Assembly: GCA_964349365.1 (NCBI GenBank)
Contig: CAYGFY010000013.1
Location: forward strand, 3,729-67,728
Direction of reading: 5' to 3'
From: an uncultured Bacteroidales bacterium
GTDB lineage: Bacteria > Bacteroidota > Bacteroidia > Bacteroidales > UBA7960
Length of the DNA: 64,000 nucleotides
In this document: in pieces, positions 9,579 through 17,854 of the stretch
How positions within the stretch are numbered: the stretch's first letter is position 1
Layout of the letters: the number at the start of each line of letters is the position of its first letter
Made by a program: the position numbers and the translations under genes
The notes under the pieces: generated by a model
Seen by the model: only the letters and a program-made list of their open reading frames with translations
Told to the model about the DNA's origin: nothing
The model's database searches: none

Positions 9579-10268
9579 ATGTCGAAAAATGTAAAAGACC
9601 AAAAGGCCGATAAGAATATTATTGCGGTTGAAAAGGCATTGAGCCGCTCGGAGCAGTTTATCGAAAAGAATCAGAAGCTTATTCTTATTGCAGTTGGGGT
9701 AATTCTTTTGATTGTTGCCCTATTCATAGGCTTCACCCGATTTTACCTTCCAGCAAGAGAAAAATCTGCCAGGGCAGAAATGTTTATGGCCGAAAATTAT
9801 TTTGAAAAGGATAGTCTTAGTTTGGCGCTAAAAGGTGATGGCCTCCACCTGGGATTCCTTGACATTATTTCTGATTTCAAATACACCAAGTCGGCCAACC
9901 TTGCAAGATACTATGCAGGCATAACCCATTTGCACCTGGGACAATACGAAGATGCCATAAAGCATCTTGTGAAATTTAAAAAGCGTGATCAAATGCTCGG
10001 TGCAATGGCTTACGGTGCAATTGGAGATGCTTATGTTGAGCTTGAGAATATCTCAAAAGGTTTGGAATATTACGAAAAAGCATATAAATTCAAGCCAAAT
10101 GAGTTTACCACTCCAATTTTTCTTTTCAAAGCCGGGATGCTCAACGAAATTAATGGAAACCTAAAAAAAGCACTCGAACTTTACCAGAAAATTAAAGACG
10201 ATTACGAAAACTCAAACGAGGGCAGGAATATAGACAGGTACATTGCCAGGGTTTCTGCTCGGTTGTAG
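9579..10268 (+). CDS. membrane-anchored tetratricopeptide-repeat protein (YfgM-like)
   Basis: 229-aa ORF with a single TM segment (LILIAVGVILLIVALFIGF). TPR-like helices include ARYYAGITHLHLGQYEDAIKHL and GAIGDAYVELENISKGLEYYEKA. Confidence 0.7.
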   Translation: MSKNVKDQKADKNIIAVEKALSRSEQFIEKNQKLILIAVGVILLIVALFIGFTRFYLPAREKSARAEMFMAENYFEKDSLSLALKGDGLHLGFLDIISDFKYTKSANLARYYAGITHLHLGQYEDAIKHLVKFKKRDQMLGAMAYGAIGDAYVELENISKGLEYYEKAYKFKPNEFTTPIFLFKAGMLNEINGNLKKALELYQKIKDDYENSNEGRNIDRYIARVSARL

Positions 10269-10297
10269 AACCAATTACGCTTTACTCCGCGTAAGTA

Positions 10298-10336
10298 CAA
10301 AGGCCAATAAAGAGTTTCAAACCTTTTTTGGCCTTT
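10298..10336 (+). terminator. possible terminator hairpin after the TPR gene
   Basis: CAAAGGCCAA ... TTGGCCTTT gives a 9-bp stem with a 20-nt loop, followed by ATTGTTTATTTT. Confidence 0.4.
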
Positions 10337-10391
10337 ATTGTTTATTTTCATATCAAGCTTTCTAAAAAACCGTACTTAACAATCAATTTTC

Positions 10392-10910
10392 ATGGCCATC
10401 GAGAAAAACAAGTACCTCTCATTGCACGATACCAGCCATATTGAAAGCCCAGCTGGGCTCAAGATAGGAATAGTTGTTGCAGAATGGAATCCCCAAATAA
10501 CCAATTCATTGCTTGAGGGCACTTTGTCGGAACTCAAGAAACTGGGGGTTGTTGACGAGGACATTTTTACAATACACGTGCCAGGAAGTTTCGAGCTACC
10601 CCAGGGGGCGTCTTTATTGCTAAAAAAGAAGAAACTTGACGCTGTAATATGTTTAGGTTGCGTTATTCAAGGCGAAACAAGGCATTTTGAATTCATCTGT
10701 CAAGCCGTTAGCCAAGGCATAACCAATCTTTCCATCCAGGAAAGAAAACCCGTGATTTTTGGAGTCCTTACTACCGAAAATATGGAGCAAGCCACCGAAA
10801 GATCTGGCGGAAAGCACGGAAACAAAGGTCATGAAGCGGCGGTTACAGCAGTGAAAATGGCATTACTCAGGAAAACCCTTAAAGAAGAAAGCAAGGGAAA
10901 AAAGGAATAA
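10392..10910 (+). CDS. ribH: 6,7-dimethyl-8-ribityllumazine synthase
   Basis: 172-aa ORF. Lumazine synthase signature strings are IVVAEWN, VPGSFELP, CLGCVIQGETRHFEF and FGVLTTEN. Confidence 0.93.
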   Translation: MAIEKNKYLSLHDTSHIESPAGLKIGIVVAEWNPQITNSLLEGTLSELKKLGVVDEDIFTIHVPGSFELPQGASLLLKKKKLDAVICLGCVIQGETRHFEFICQAVSQGITNLSIQERKPVIFGVLTTENMEQATERSGGKHGNKGHEAAVTAVKMALLRKTLKEESKGKKE

Positions 10911-10912
10911 AT

Positions 10913-11863
10913 ATGAATCCCAAGGATTTGCAAGTTGTTTTTTTTGGAACACCGGTTCTTGCTAGCTACTGTTTGTCAACCCTTGTGGACAACGGTTACA
11001 ATATTGTTGGGGTTGTTACCGCACCTGACAAGCCTGCCGGCCGTGGTCAATTGCTCAAAGAATCGGAAGTGAAGAAATTCGCTTCTTCCAAAAACTTACC
11101 CGTATTTCAGCCGACCAACCTCAAAGATCAGGAGTTCAATCAAACTCTCGAATACCTAAAACCAGACGTGCAGGTTGTTGTTGCATTTAGGATGCTTCCC
11201 GAGGTGGTATGGAGAATTCCAAACCATGGGACTTTCAACATGCATGCTTCCCTCCTACCCAATTACCGGGGTGCCGCTCCTATTAACTGGGCAATAATAA
11301 ACCAAGAGAAGAAAACAGGGGTTAGTACTTTTTTCATTGACAACAACATTGACTCGGGCGAGGTTATCATGCAGAAGGAAATTATCATTGACGAAAAAGA
11401 AACAGCAGGTACTCTTCACGATAAAGTAATGATCGAGGGGGCGTTATTAATTCTCAAAACCCTGAATGCAATTGCCCAGGGCGATGCCAGGATTACCAAG
11501 CAAGCCGAAATTGATTCGGGATGCCTTGAATTGAAAAAAGCCCCAAAAATCTTCAAGGAAACTTGCAAAATTGATTGGAACCAAAGTTGTTTTCAGGCTG
11601 AAGCCCTCGTAAGAGGCCTGAGTCCGGCTCCTGGAGCCTTCACGCTGGTCAACTCAAGGGGATTGCAAAAGGTAATGAAAATTTTTGAAGCCGAAGCACG
11701 CCAAGAAAGCCATACCCATCAAATAGGATCATTTGTTTCGGTTGATAGAAGTGATTTTGGTTTTGCTGCCGCGGATGGTTTTTTGATTCCTAAAGTTGTT
11801 CAACTTGAAGGAAAGAAAGTAATGACATTAAGGGAGCTGTTAAGGGGTAGTCAATTAGTCTGA
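10913..11863 (+). CDS. fmt: methionyl-tRNA formyltransferase
   Basis: 316-aa ORF with VVTAPDKPAGRG and HASLLPNYRGAAPINWAI. It starts 2 nt after the ribH stop. Confidence 0.93.
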   Translation: MNPKDLQVVFFGTPVLASYCLSTLVDNGYNIVGVVTAPDKPAGRGQLLKESEVKKFASSKNLPVFQPTNLKDQEFNQTLEYLKPDVQVVVAFRMLPEVVWRIPNHGTFNMHASLLPNYRGAAPINWAIINQEKKTGVSTFFIDNNIDSGEVIMQKEIIIDEKETAGTLHDKVMIEGALLILKTLNAIAQGDARITKQAEIDSGCLELKKAPKIFKETCKIDWNQSCFQAEALVRGLSPAPGAFTLVNSRGLQKVMKIFEAEARQESHTHQIGSFVSVDRSDFGFAAADGFLIPKVVQLEGKKVMTLRELLRGSQLV

Positions 11864-12004
11864 TTCTTCCCCTTTTTTTGCACCTTTAATGCGCTTAAAA
11901 CCCTTATTTCAGATATTTTTTGACCATTTGTTAACATTTTCCGCATTTTATGAACAAATTAACAAAGTTTTTTTCAAAAAACTTGACAAACCCGTTTAAA
12001 ATCT

Positions 12005-12012
12005 TATATTTG
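12005..12012 (+). promoter_or_regulatory. -7 promoter box TATATTTG upstream of hup
   Basis: Exact TAnnTTTG match with CTTGAC about 20 nt upstream. Confidence 0.5.
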
Positions 12013-12072
12013 CAGAACTTTTGAATAAAAAGAGTGTTTTTAACCCCTTTGTCAAACTAAAACAAAAAAGAC

Positions 12073-12336
12073 ATGAACAAAGCAGAACTAATTAATGCAA
12101 TTGCAGCAGGAGCTGGTTTAACCAAGGCTGATTCAAAAAGAGCGTTGGATGCTACTATTGGAGCCATTTCTGGAGCCCTGAAAAAGGGTGAGAGGGTAAG
12201 TTTGGTAGGTTTTGGTTCTTTCTATGTAGCTAAGAGAAACGCACGTACAGGTCGCAACCCACAAACGGGCAAGGAAATTAAAATCGCAGCCAAAAAGGTA
12301 GCCAAATTCAAGGCTGGAGCTGGCCTAGCGGTTTAA
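12073..12336 (+). CDS. hup: HU family DNA-binding protein
   Basis: 87-aa ORF: [11 protein letters not shown]...[37 protein letters not shown]. Confidence 0.93.
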   Translation: MNKAELINAIAAGAGLTKADSKRALDATIGAISGALKKGERVSLVGFGSFYVAKRNARTGRNPQTGKEIKIAAKKVAKFKAGAGLAV

Positions 12337-12356
12337 TTACTACCATTTTATTATAG

Positions 12357-12385
12357 AAAAGCTCCGTTTTCGGGGCTTTTTTTTT
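12357..12385 (+). terminator. rho-independent terminator after hup
   Basis: AGCTCCG-TTTT-CGGGGCT stem-loop (one G-U pair) followed by nine T. Confidence 0.7.
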
Positions 12386-12442
12386 AGAATACTCCAATTT
12401 GCCAACACAAGTGTATAAATTTTCACCAAACCACGGTAAAGA

Positions 12443-13486
12443 ATGGCCAAGAAAACAACAATTGATTACAATCCTAATCTCACAAGCATTATAACGAACA
12501 ATATTTTTGGGCTTCCCCATACACCCTCAAAATCCCGATTGGTTTTCATTCCGGTTCCGTGGGATGTTACTGTATCAAACTTTTCTGGAACATCCGAGGG
12601 GCCACAAAGGATATTTGATTCTTCGTTTCAAATTGACCTGTTCGATACGTTTGCAACTGACGAATGGAAAAGGGGCATGGCAATGGAGAAAATAGATCCC
12701 AAAATTGTTGCCCGGAACAGGCGATTCCGAAAGAGATCAGTCGAGTACATCAAGTTCGTTGAAAATGGTGGGCAGGTTGAAAAAGACAAGAAGCTTCAAA
12801 AGACCCTGGAAGAGATTAACGTTGCGTGCGAGGAATTGGGACAACTTATTGAGCTTAAATCTCACATGCACCTGGAACAAGGAAGGATTCCTGTGGTGAT
12901 AGGCGGAGACCATAGTGTTTCTTACGGATTAATTCGCGCCCTTTCAAAAAGGCAGGCCGGATTTGGAATACTCCAGATAGATGCGCACGCCGATTTGCGC
13001 GAAAATTACCAAGGATTTACGTTTTCTCATGCATCGGCAATGTTTAACGCAAAACGGCTAAGGGGGGTGAAGAAAATTGTGCAGGTGGGTGTAAGGGAAC
13101 TTTGTTACGACGAATACAACTTGATAAAGAAATCACAAAAAACCATATCAACGTTTTTTGATAGAGATGTGCAAAAAAGAATGATAGAGGGTGAACCATG
13201 GGCAAAAATTTGCAACGATATTATTGACGAATTACCCGACACCGTTTATATTTCCATGGATGTTGACGGTCTGCAGCCTTCGCTAGCACCAACCACGGGC
13301 ACCCCTCTTCCCGGTGGCTTGTTTTTTAACCAGGTGCTTTACCTTTTCGAATTGTTGATAAAAAGAGGAAAAACCATTATTGGAGCCGATTTGGTTGAAA
13401 CCGGACCCGGAAACCTGGATGGAATTATATCAAGTCGGTTACTTTTTAACATGGCCGGTATTATCCTTAAAAGCAACCCAGAATAG
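12443..13486 (+). CDS. arginase-family hydrolase (agmatinase/formimidoylglutamase-like)
   Basis: 347-aa ORF with metal-binding motifs GGDHSVSYG, QIDAHADLR and SMDVDGLQPSLAPTTGTPLPGG. Confidence 0.8.
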   Translation: MAKKTTIDYNPNLTSIITNNIFGLPHTPSKSRLVFIPVPWDVTVSNFSGTSEGPQRIFDSSFQIDLFDTFATDEWKRGMAMEKIDPKIVARNRRFRKRSVEYIKFVENGGQVEKDKKLQKTLEEINVACEELGQLIELKSHMHLEQGRIPVVIGGDHSVSYGLIRALSKRQAGFGILQIDAHADLRENYQGFTFSHASAMFNAKRLRGVKKIVQVGVRELCYDEYNLIKKSQKTISTFFDRDVQKRMIEGEPWAKICNDIIDELPDTVYISMDVDGLQPSLAPTTGTPLPGGLFFNQVLYLFELLIKRGKTIIGADLVETGPGNLDGIISSRLLFNMAGIILKSNPE

Positions 13487-14123
13487 CAAATTAGGCCGAT
13501 TTTCGAGACCTTGAAGAATAGGTGAAACTCTTCGTCGTTGACGAAAGGTACTCCAGGCTAAAATATGTTTTAAAAAAACCGGGTCAGGTATGTATTACCC
13601 AGGTTTCCTAATATATCTTGGAAGCGCATATTGTCAGCGCAGTACTTAAGACGAATGATATTCACTTAATTGAATACACTAATCATTAAACAGGCACAAC
13701 CGGGCAGCAAACCACACAAAGAGTTTTCTATAGTCACCAAACAAGATTGGTCATACCTTCTTAGCCGCAGGCCGGCAAGCCGAAGGTCGTACCCCTCTAA
13801 ACTTACACCCGCATAAACCTATCGCATTTTACTTGTTGCCGAACCCGAAATATTTGCCGATGAAGCCATGAGCCTTGCAGGTAAATTCATAAATAAACCA
13901 ATGATTGGCTTCACCCATGATTTCAACATTCGTGTTTTAGCTTGCTACCCCTTACGATTTATGCAAAAAATCAACAATTCCGCAGACCTTAATTGAAAGC
14001 CCCATAATTTCGAGAAAGATGAAGTATTACTCGGAATGGCTCCAGAAAAATGTAAATACCTCGAACTTGTTATTGAAAGTTTTGGAAAGTATAGTTAAAC
14101 CTAAATATTTTTGTCTTTTTACT

Positions 14124-14131
14124 TATTTTTG
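14124..14131 (+). promoter_or_regulatory. -7 promoter box TATTTTTG upstream of the Thx gene
   Basis: Exact TAnnTTTG match, 43 nt upstream of the ATG at 14174. A second match lies at 14106-14113. Confidence 0.4.
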
Positions 14132-14173
14132 CATTGTAGTTTTTTCCTATCGATGATCATTAACATTTAGCTT

Positions 14174-14314
14174 ATGGGAAAAGGTGATTTAAAAACCCGA
14201 AGAGGGAAAATTGTTAGGGGAACTTTCGGGAAAACCAGGCCCAAGAAAACAACAAAAAGTCTGGGTTCAAACGATGCATCCCCTGAATGTCAACAAAAGA
14301 AAACCAAGAAATAG
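14174..14314 (+). CDS. 30S ribosomal protein Thx (bTHX)
   Basis: Own translation gives MGKGDLKTRRGKIVRGTFGKTRPKKTTKSLGSNDASPECQQKKTKK* (46 aa), which is below the ORF-track cutoff. The N-terminal MGKGD.KTRRGKI.RG.(F/Y)GK.RP(R/K)K string is the Thx signature. A strong terminator follows. Confidence 0.8.
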   Translation: MGKGDLKTRRGKIVRGTFGKTRPKKTTKSLGSNDASPECQQKKTKK

Positions 14315-14336
14315 TTCTTGGTTAATCTCAGAAAAA

Positions 14337-14369
14337 AGGAGGCTGGATTATCCAGCCTCCTTTTTTTTA
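14337..14369. terminator. bidirectional rho-independent terminator between the Thx gene and the convergent protease gene
   Basis: AGGAGGCTGG-ATTAT-CCAGCCTCCT is a perfect 10-bp stem. It is flanked by an A-run on the left and a T-run on the right. Confidence 0.85.
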
Positions 14370-14385
14370 AAAACATGCAAGGCTT

Positions 14386-17300
14386 TTATTGCTTCACAAT
14401 CTTGCGCGTAACAACTTCGTTGTTAATTCCTACGAGTTTAACCAAGTAAACTCCTGCAGGCAAAAGGCCGGTTTGAACCTCAATTAGCGCATCACCTTGG
14501 TTATAAACCCTAATTAATTCTTGGCCGGTGATACTTGTAATTGAAACTTTTTTGAGTTCGGTGGTTCCGTGCAGGAATAATCTTGTTCCAAATGGATTGG
14601 GATATATTTTGACTTCTTGGAGGTTAGTTTCCCTTACATTGGTTTCTAAAAGGACACCCAAGGAAACGTTATCATTTACCACCGAAATAGAACCAGTAAT
14701 TACCGGAAAGTGCAAGTACCTAACCTCGTAAGGATATGTTCCTGGTATAAGGTTTATGTTTGCATGACCAGTGTTGTTGGTATGAATGGTTTGTCCTCCA
14801 ATTTTGATCTCTGCCTGAAACAGAGGGCCTCCCGAAGTAGCCACATGAAACGTTACTGTAAAAACCCGATGCAAGTTAACTTCAACCACCTTGTTCTGTC
14901 CATCGACAATTACCTGGCCAGAGACGGGCTGAAAACCACTTTTTGTAACCACGTAAGTGTAGGTACCGTTTGTCAGGGTAATAGAAGCGGTTCCCTGATT
15001 GCTAGAAGCTAACGATGCGTTGTTAATGGCTATTGCGGCCCCTTCAATAGGTGTTTGTCCTGATTTTACATTGAACATCACTGTATATAATTTGTTTAGA
15101 ACAACTGGGAACTGTGCACCAGCCACTACGTTTACAGTTCCTGATGTTGGTTGAAAGCCAGCCTTTGTTACCGAAAACTGTCTATTACCTGCTTGTATCC
15201 CTTGAAGGACTGCAACACCGCTTGCATTGGTCAAGACTTCTGTGCCGTCAACCTTTACCAGCGCACCCTCAACCGGCCCGTCTGGCCCGGTTACAGTAAA
15301 GGTAACATCATGAAAGGGTCCGCGGCACGAGACAACCGCCGACCAACCAGCCCTTACATTGACAATATCGCTTATGAAATGGAAAGTTAGGGAACCGTTT
15401 GTTGAAGTAAACGGACCAGGGATTGTGGTTCCGCAGAATCTTCCTAACAAGGGGGAACTAGTATTCGGCCCATTGTAAACTAATAATCTGTCGTAATTGC
15501 AATTCCAGTGACTTTCAATGTTGAAAGTTAAAAACTCCACCCTTATGTTTGAGTTTTCAATTCCAGGGTGAAAAGTGTAAATAAAACTTTCATTGTTTTG
15601 ATAGTTCCCATCAGGGCCACCCGAATCAAAAAACGTTGCATTACAGGTGGTTGAAGATCCATTTGTCATAAAAACTGCTCCTTGAGAGGCAAGCAGAACC
15701 GAGTTTGATGTAATTTCAGCTCCCACTCCCGACTGATTAACTCCGGCTATGGTGTAAGTGTAATTTCCCATTATTGGCACGGTTGTGTCTAAGAACTGAA
15801 CACTATTGCCAGGAACATTAAAAACAGTATTACCGGGCCTTCTTGTAATTACGTAGTGGGTGAGAGATGTGGGATCGTAAAATGCATTGTGTTGTCCGCG
15901 AGTGGGGGCCGTCCATGTTAACAAACCATCGTTGCCAACCGCGGTTAAAAGGAGATTGCCGACAGGTCCGGGCCTGTCATGACCAACATAACCCGAAATT
16001 TCCACCTTTGGACCCTCACCATTTGAGTTTGCTCCCCTAACAACATAAGTGTAAAAGTTGGATGATGATAGGCCTTGATCCGTGAAATTAGCCTGTGCTC
16101 CAATTTGGGCGGGAGTTAACGAGTTAATCAAAACCTGGTCTCTATAAATGTTTACGGAGCTTAGTTGGGCTAGCGGAGCACCAGAAAAAGATAATGATGG
16201 ATTTGTCCAGCTCAAGTTTGCCGATAACTGGCCGTTGGCGGCAGGAAGCAAGGTAAGATTAGTCACTGCTGCCGGGGCGGCTGGGTTGGTGGCGTCTAGT
16301 ATGGGATCGTAACCATTAATTGCAACAACACCAGTATTATTGGGATCCAACCAAGGTCTCAACACGTTGTTCATTGAAACCCCAAACCTGCCGTACCAGT
16401 CGGGTAGAGTGTTTCCACAAGCGGCATACCCTCCGTGCAATTGACCGATAATTCTTCCTTCCGAATCAAAAATTGGCGAGCCACTTGATCCCCCTTCTGT
16501 CGTGGTGCCTCCATCCCATGTTATCCTCCAGTGTGATGTTCCAGAATTTGGGGCTCCAAGATAACTTGCACGTGTAACGCCAGAATTCGAAAAGCTAAAC
16601 TTTTTAATGTCTCCGGCTGGGTGGTGCACCCCGGTGATAAGGCCTGGAATGGCATCGCTTAGGTCGCGGTTCCAGCCAGGGAAATAAACATTAAAATCCA
16701 AAGGAATTGGGTTGTTAAATTCTAAAAGCCAAACATCAGAAATTGAGCTTCTAGCCCTTGTTACAGCTCCACTAATTGTGTGCACCACAGGGGGTGCCGT
16801 GGGTGGGTTTGCACAGGTGGGGCTTTGCCAGTTGAAAATAAAAACCAATGAACCTTCAGTAGCAAAACAGTGATTGGCACTTAAGAAATATGGCTTACCG
16901 TCATTTTCGGTGTTGTTTATCAAGGCTCCCGTGCACCAATCGGCACCGTTTCTGAGTATTTTGGCAACCGACCTTATCTGCTTGCTCCAGGGTTCTGCTG
17001 CCGGGCAAGCAACGTTCATATTGCAGGCACCTGAATGTCCGAAGCCTTTGTCGGTAAGTTCGCCCATCCCGCGGTATCCGTGTGTAACTCTAAAAAGGTT
17101 AAAGAAACCTTCAAACTCAACCTTTGCCGGTTCGTGGTATTCAACAATTATTGCATCACCAAGAATGGGAGCAGTGGCAAAATAACCATCTTGCTGGTTG
17201 TTGTAACTAGTAAATGCTCCTTGAATATTTTTTCCGCAAGGGGTGTAAACAAACAGTTTGGAACCTTCCGGAATGCGAAAATCATCAAAAGCAAGGTTTA

Positions 17301-17646
17301 TTGAAATGGCTCCCTTGCATTCAATTCCCATGCGCCAAAGCTTCGATCCATCCTCAAGTGCTTCCCACTGACCCGAATTCTTTAAGTTAAGATTTACGTG
17401 ATGATTGTGGCCAAAACGCCAAGGCTGGCCTGGTTGGCCATCACGGATGGCATCTTCCGCCCTAAGGGCTTCGATGTCAAATGTGGGCATCGACTCGAAT
17501 ACAACACCTTGTATAAGCTTCAATTTTTCAAGCTCAATTGCAACCGGTGTACCACCCTGATTTACTTGCGAGTACAAAACAGACGTTGCGCAAAAGAATG
17601 CAAAGAAAACAGTGGCAATTGCTCTAAGGGTAAAATTTTTGTTCAT
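14386..17646 (-). CDS. secreted multidomain S1 (trypsin/lysyl-endopeptidase-like) serine protease with FN3, CUB-like and Ig-like domains and a T9SS C-terminal sorting domain
   Basis: S1 motifs are FLSANHC (His) and TEGGSSGSPIF (Ser). A CUB-like block is CNATFFDSGGPDGNYQNNE...YDRLLVYNGP...RAGWSAVVSC. The T9SS CTD is VKIYPNPFGTRLFL...GVYLVKLVG...KIVKQ. I place the start at the ATG at 17646 (MNKNFTLRAIATVFFAFFCATSVLYSQ, a signal peptide). The track start at 17691 is a TTG that adds 15 aa before the signal peptide. Confidence 0.85.
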   Translation of the reverse strand: MNKNFTLRAIATVFFAFFCATSVLYSQVNQGGTPVAIELEKLKLIQGVVFESMPTFDIEALRAEDAIRDGQPGQPWRFGHNHHVNLNLKNSGQWEALEDGSKLWRMGIECKGAISINLAFDDFRIPEGSKLFVYTPCGKNIQGAFTSYNNQQDGYFATAPILGDAIIVEYHEPAKVEFEGFFNLFRVTHGYRGMGELTDKGFGHSGACNMNVACPAAEPWSKQIRSVAKILRNGADWCTGALINNTENDGKPYFLSANHCFATEGSLVFIFNWQSPTCANPPTAPPVVHTISGAVTRARSSISDVWLLEFNNPIPLDFNVYFPGWNRDLSDAIPGLITGVHHPAGDIKKFSFSNSGVTRASYLGAPNSGTSHWRITWDGGTTTEGGSSGSPIFDSEGRIIGQLHGGYAACGNTLPDWYGRFGVSMNNVLRPWLDPNNTGVVAINGYDPILDATNPAAPAAVTNLTLLPAANGQLSANLSWTNPSLSFSGAPLAQLSSVNIYRDQVLINSLTPAQIGAQANFTDQGLSSSNFYTYVVRGANSNGEGPKVEISGYVGHDRPGPVGNLLLTAVGNDGLLTWTAPTRGQHNAFYDPTSLTHYVITRRPGNTVFNVPGNSVQFLDTTVPIMGNYTYTIAGVNQSGVGAEITSNSVLLASQGAVFMTNGSSTTCNATFFDSGGPDGNYQNNESFIYTFHPGIENSNIRVEFLTFNIESHWNCNYDRLLVYNGPNTSSPLLGRFCGTTIPGPFTSTNGSLTFHFISDIVNVRAGWSAVVSCRGPFHDVTFTVTGPDGPVEGALVKVDGTEVLTNASGVAVLQGIQAGNRQFSVTKAGFQPTSGTVNVVAGAQFPVVLNKLYTVMFNVKSGQTPIEGAAIAINNASLASSNQGTASITLTNGTYTYVVTKSGFQPVSGQVIVDGQNKVVEVNLHRVFTVTFHVATSGGPLFQAEIKIGGQTIHTNNTGHANINLIPGTYPYEVRYLHFPVITGSISVVNDNVSLGVLLETNVRETNLQEVKIYPNPFGTRLFLHGTTELKKVSITSITGQELIRVYNQGDALIEVQTGLLPAGVYLVKLVGINNEVVTRKIVKQ

Positions 17647-17854
17647 GAATAATGGTTTTTGGGTTAAAATTGTTTTACTGTTTTTTTTCAAGTGCTTTCT
17701 ATTAAGTTGACAGCCAACAAGTAATGCCGCAATATAAGGCTACATAAAAAGGAAGCTTGGCTTAATTCCAATCGAAAGCAGCGGTAAAGGTAGAAAAATA
17801 ATTAAAACAAAAAACCTCCTTTGTTTTGGTAGTTTTTTTTGATGTAATAGTTTT

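Noticed and set aside
10269-10391. Possible FMN riboswitch upstream of ribH
   Set aside because: The spacer is only about 120 nt. It is largely occupied by a terminator-like hairpin and shows none of the conserved FMN-element strings I know.
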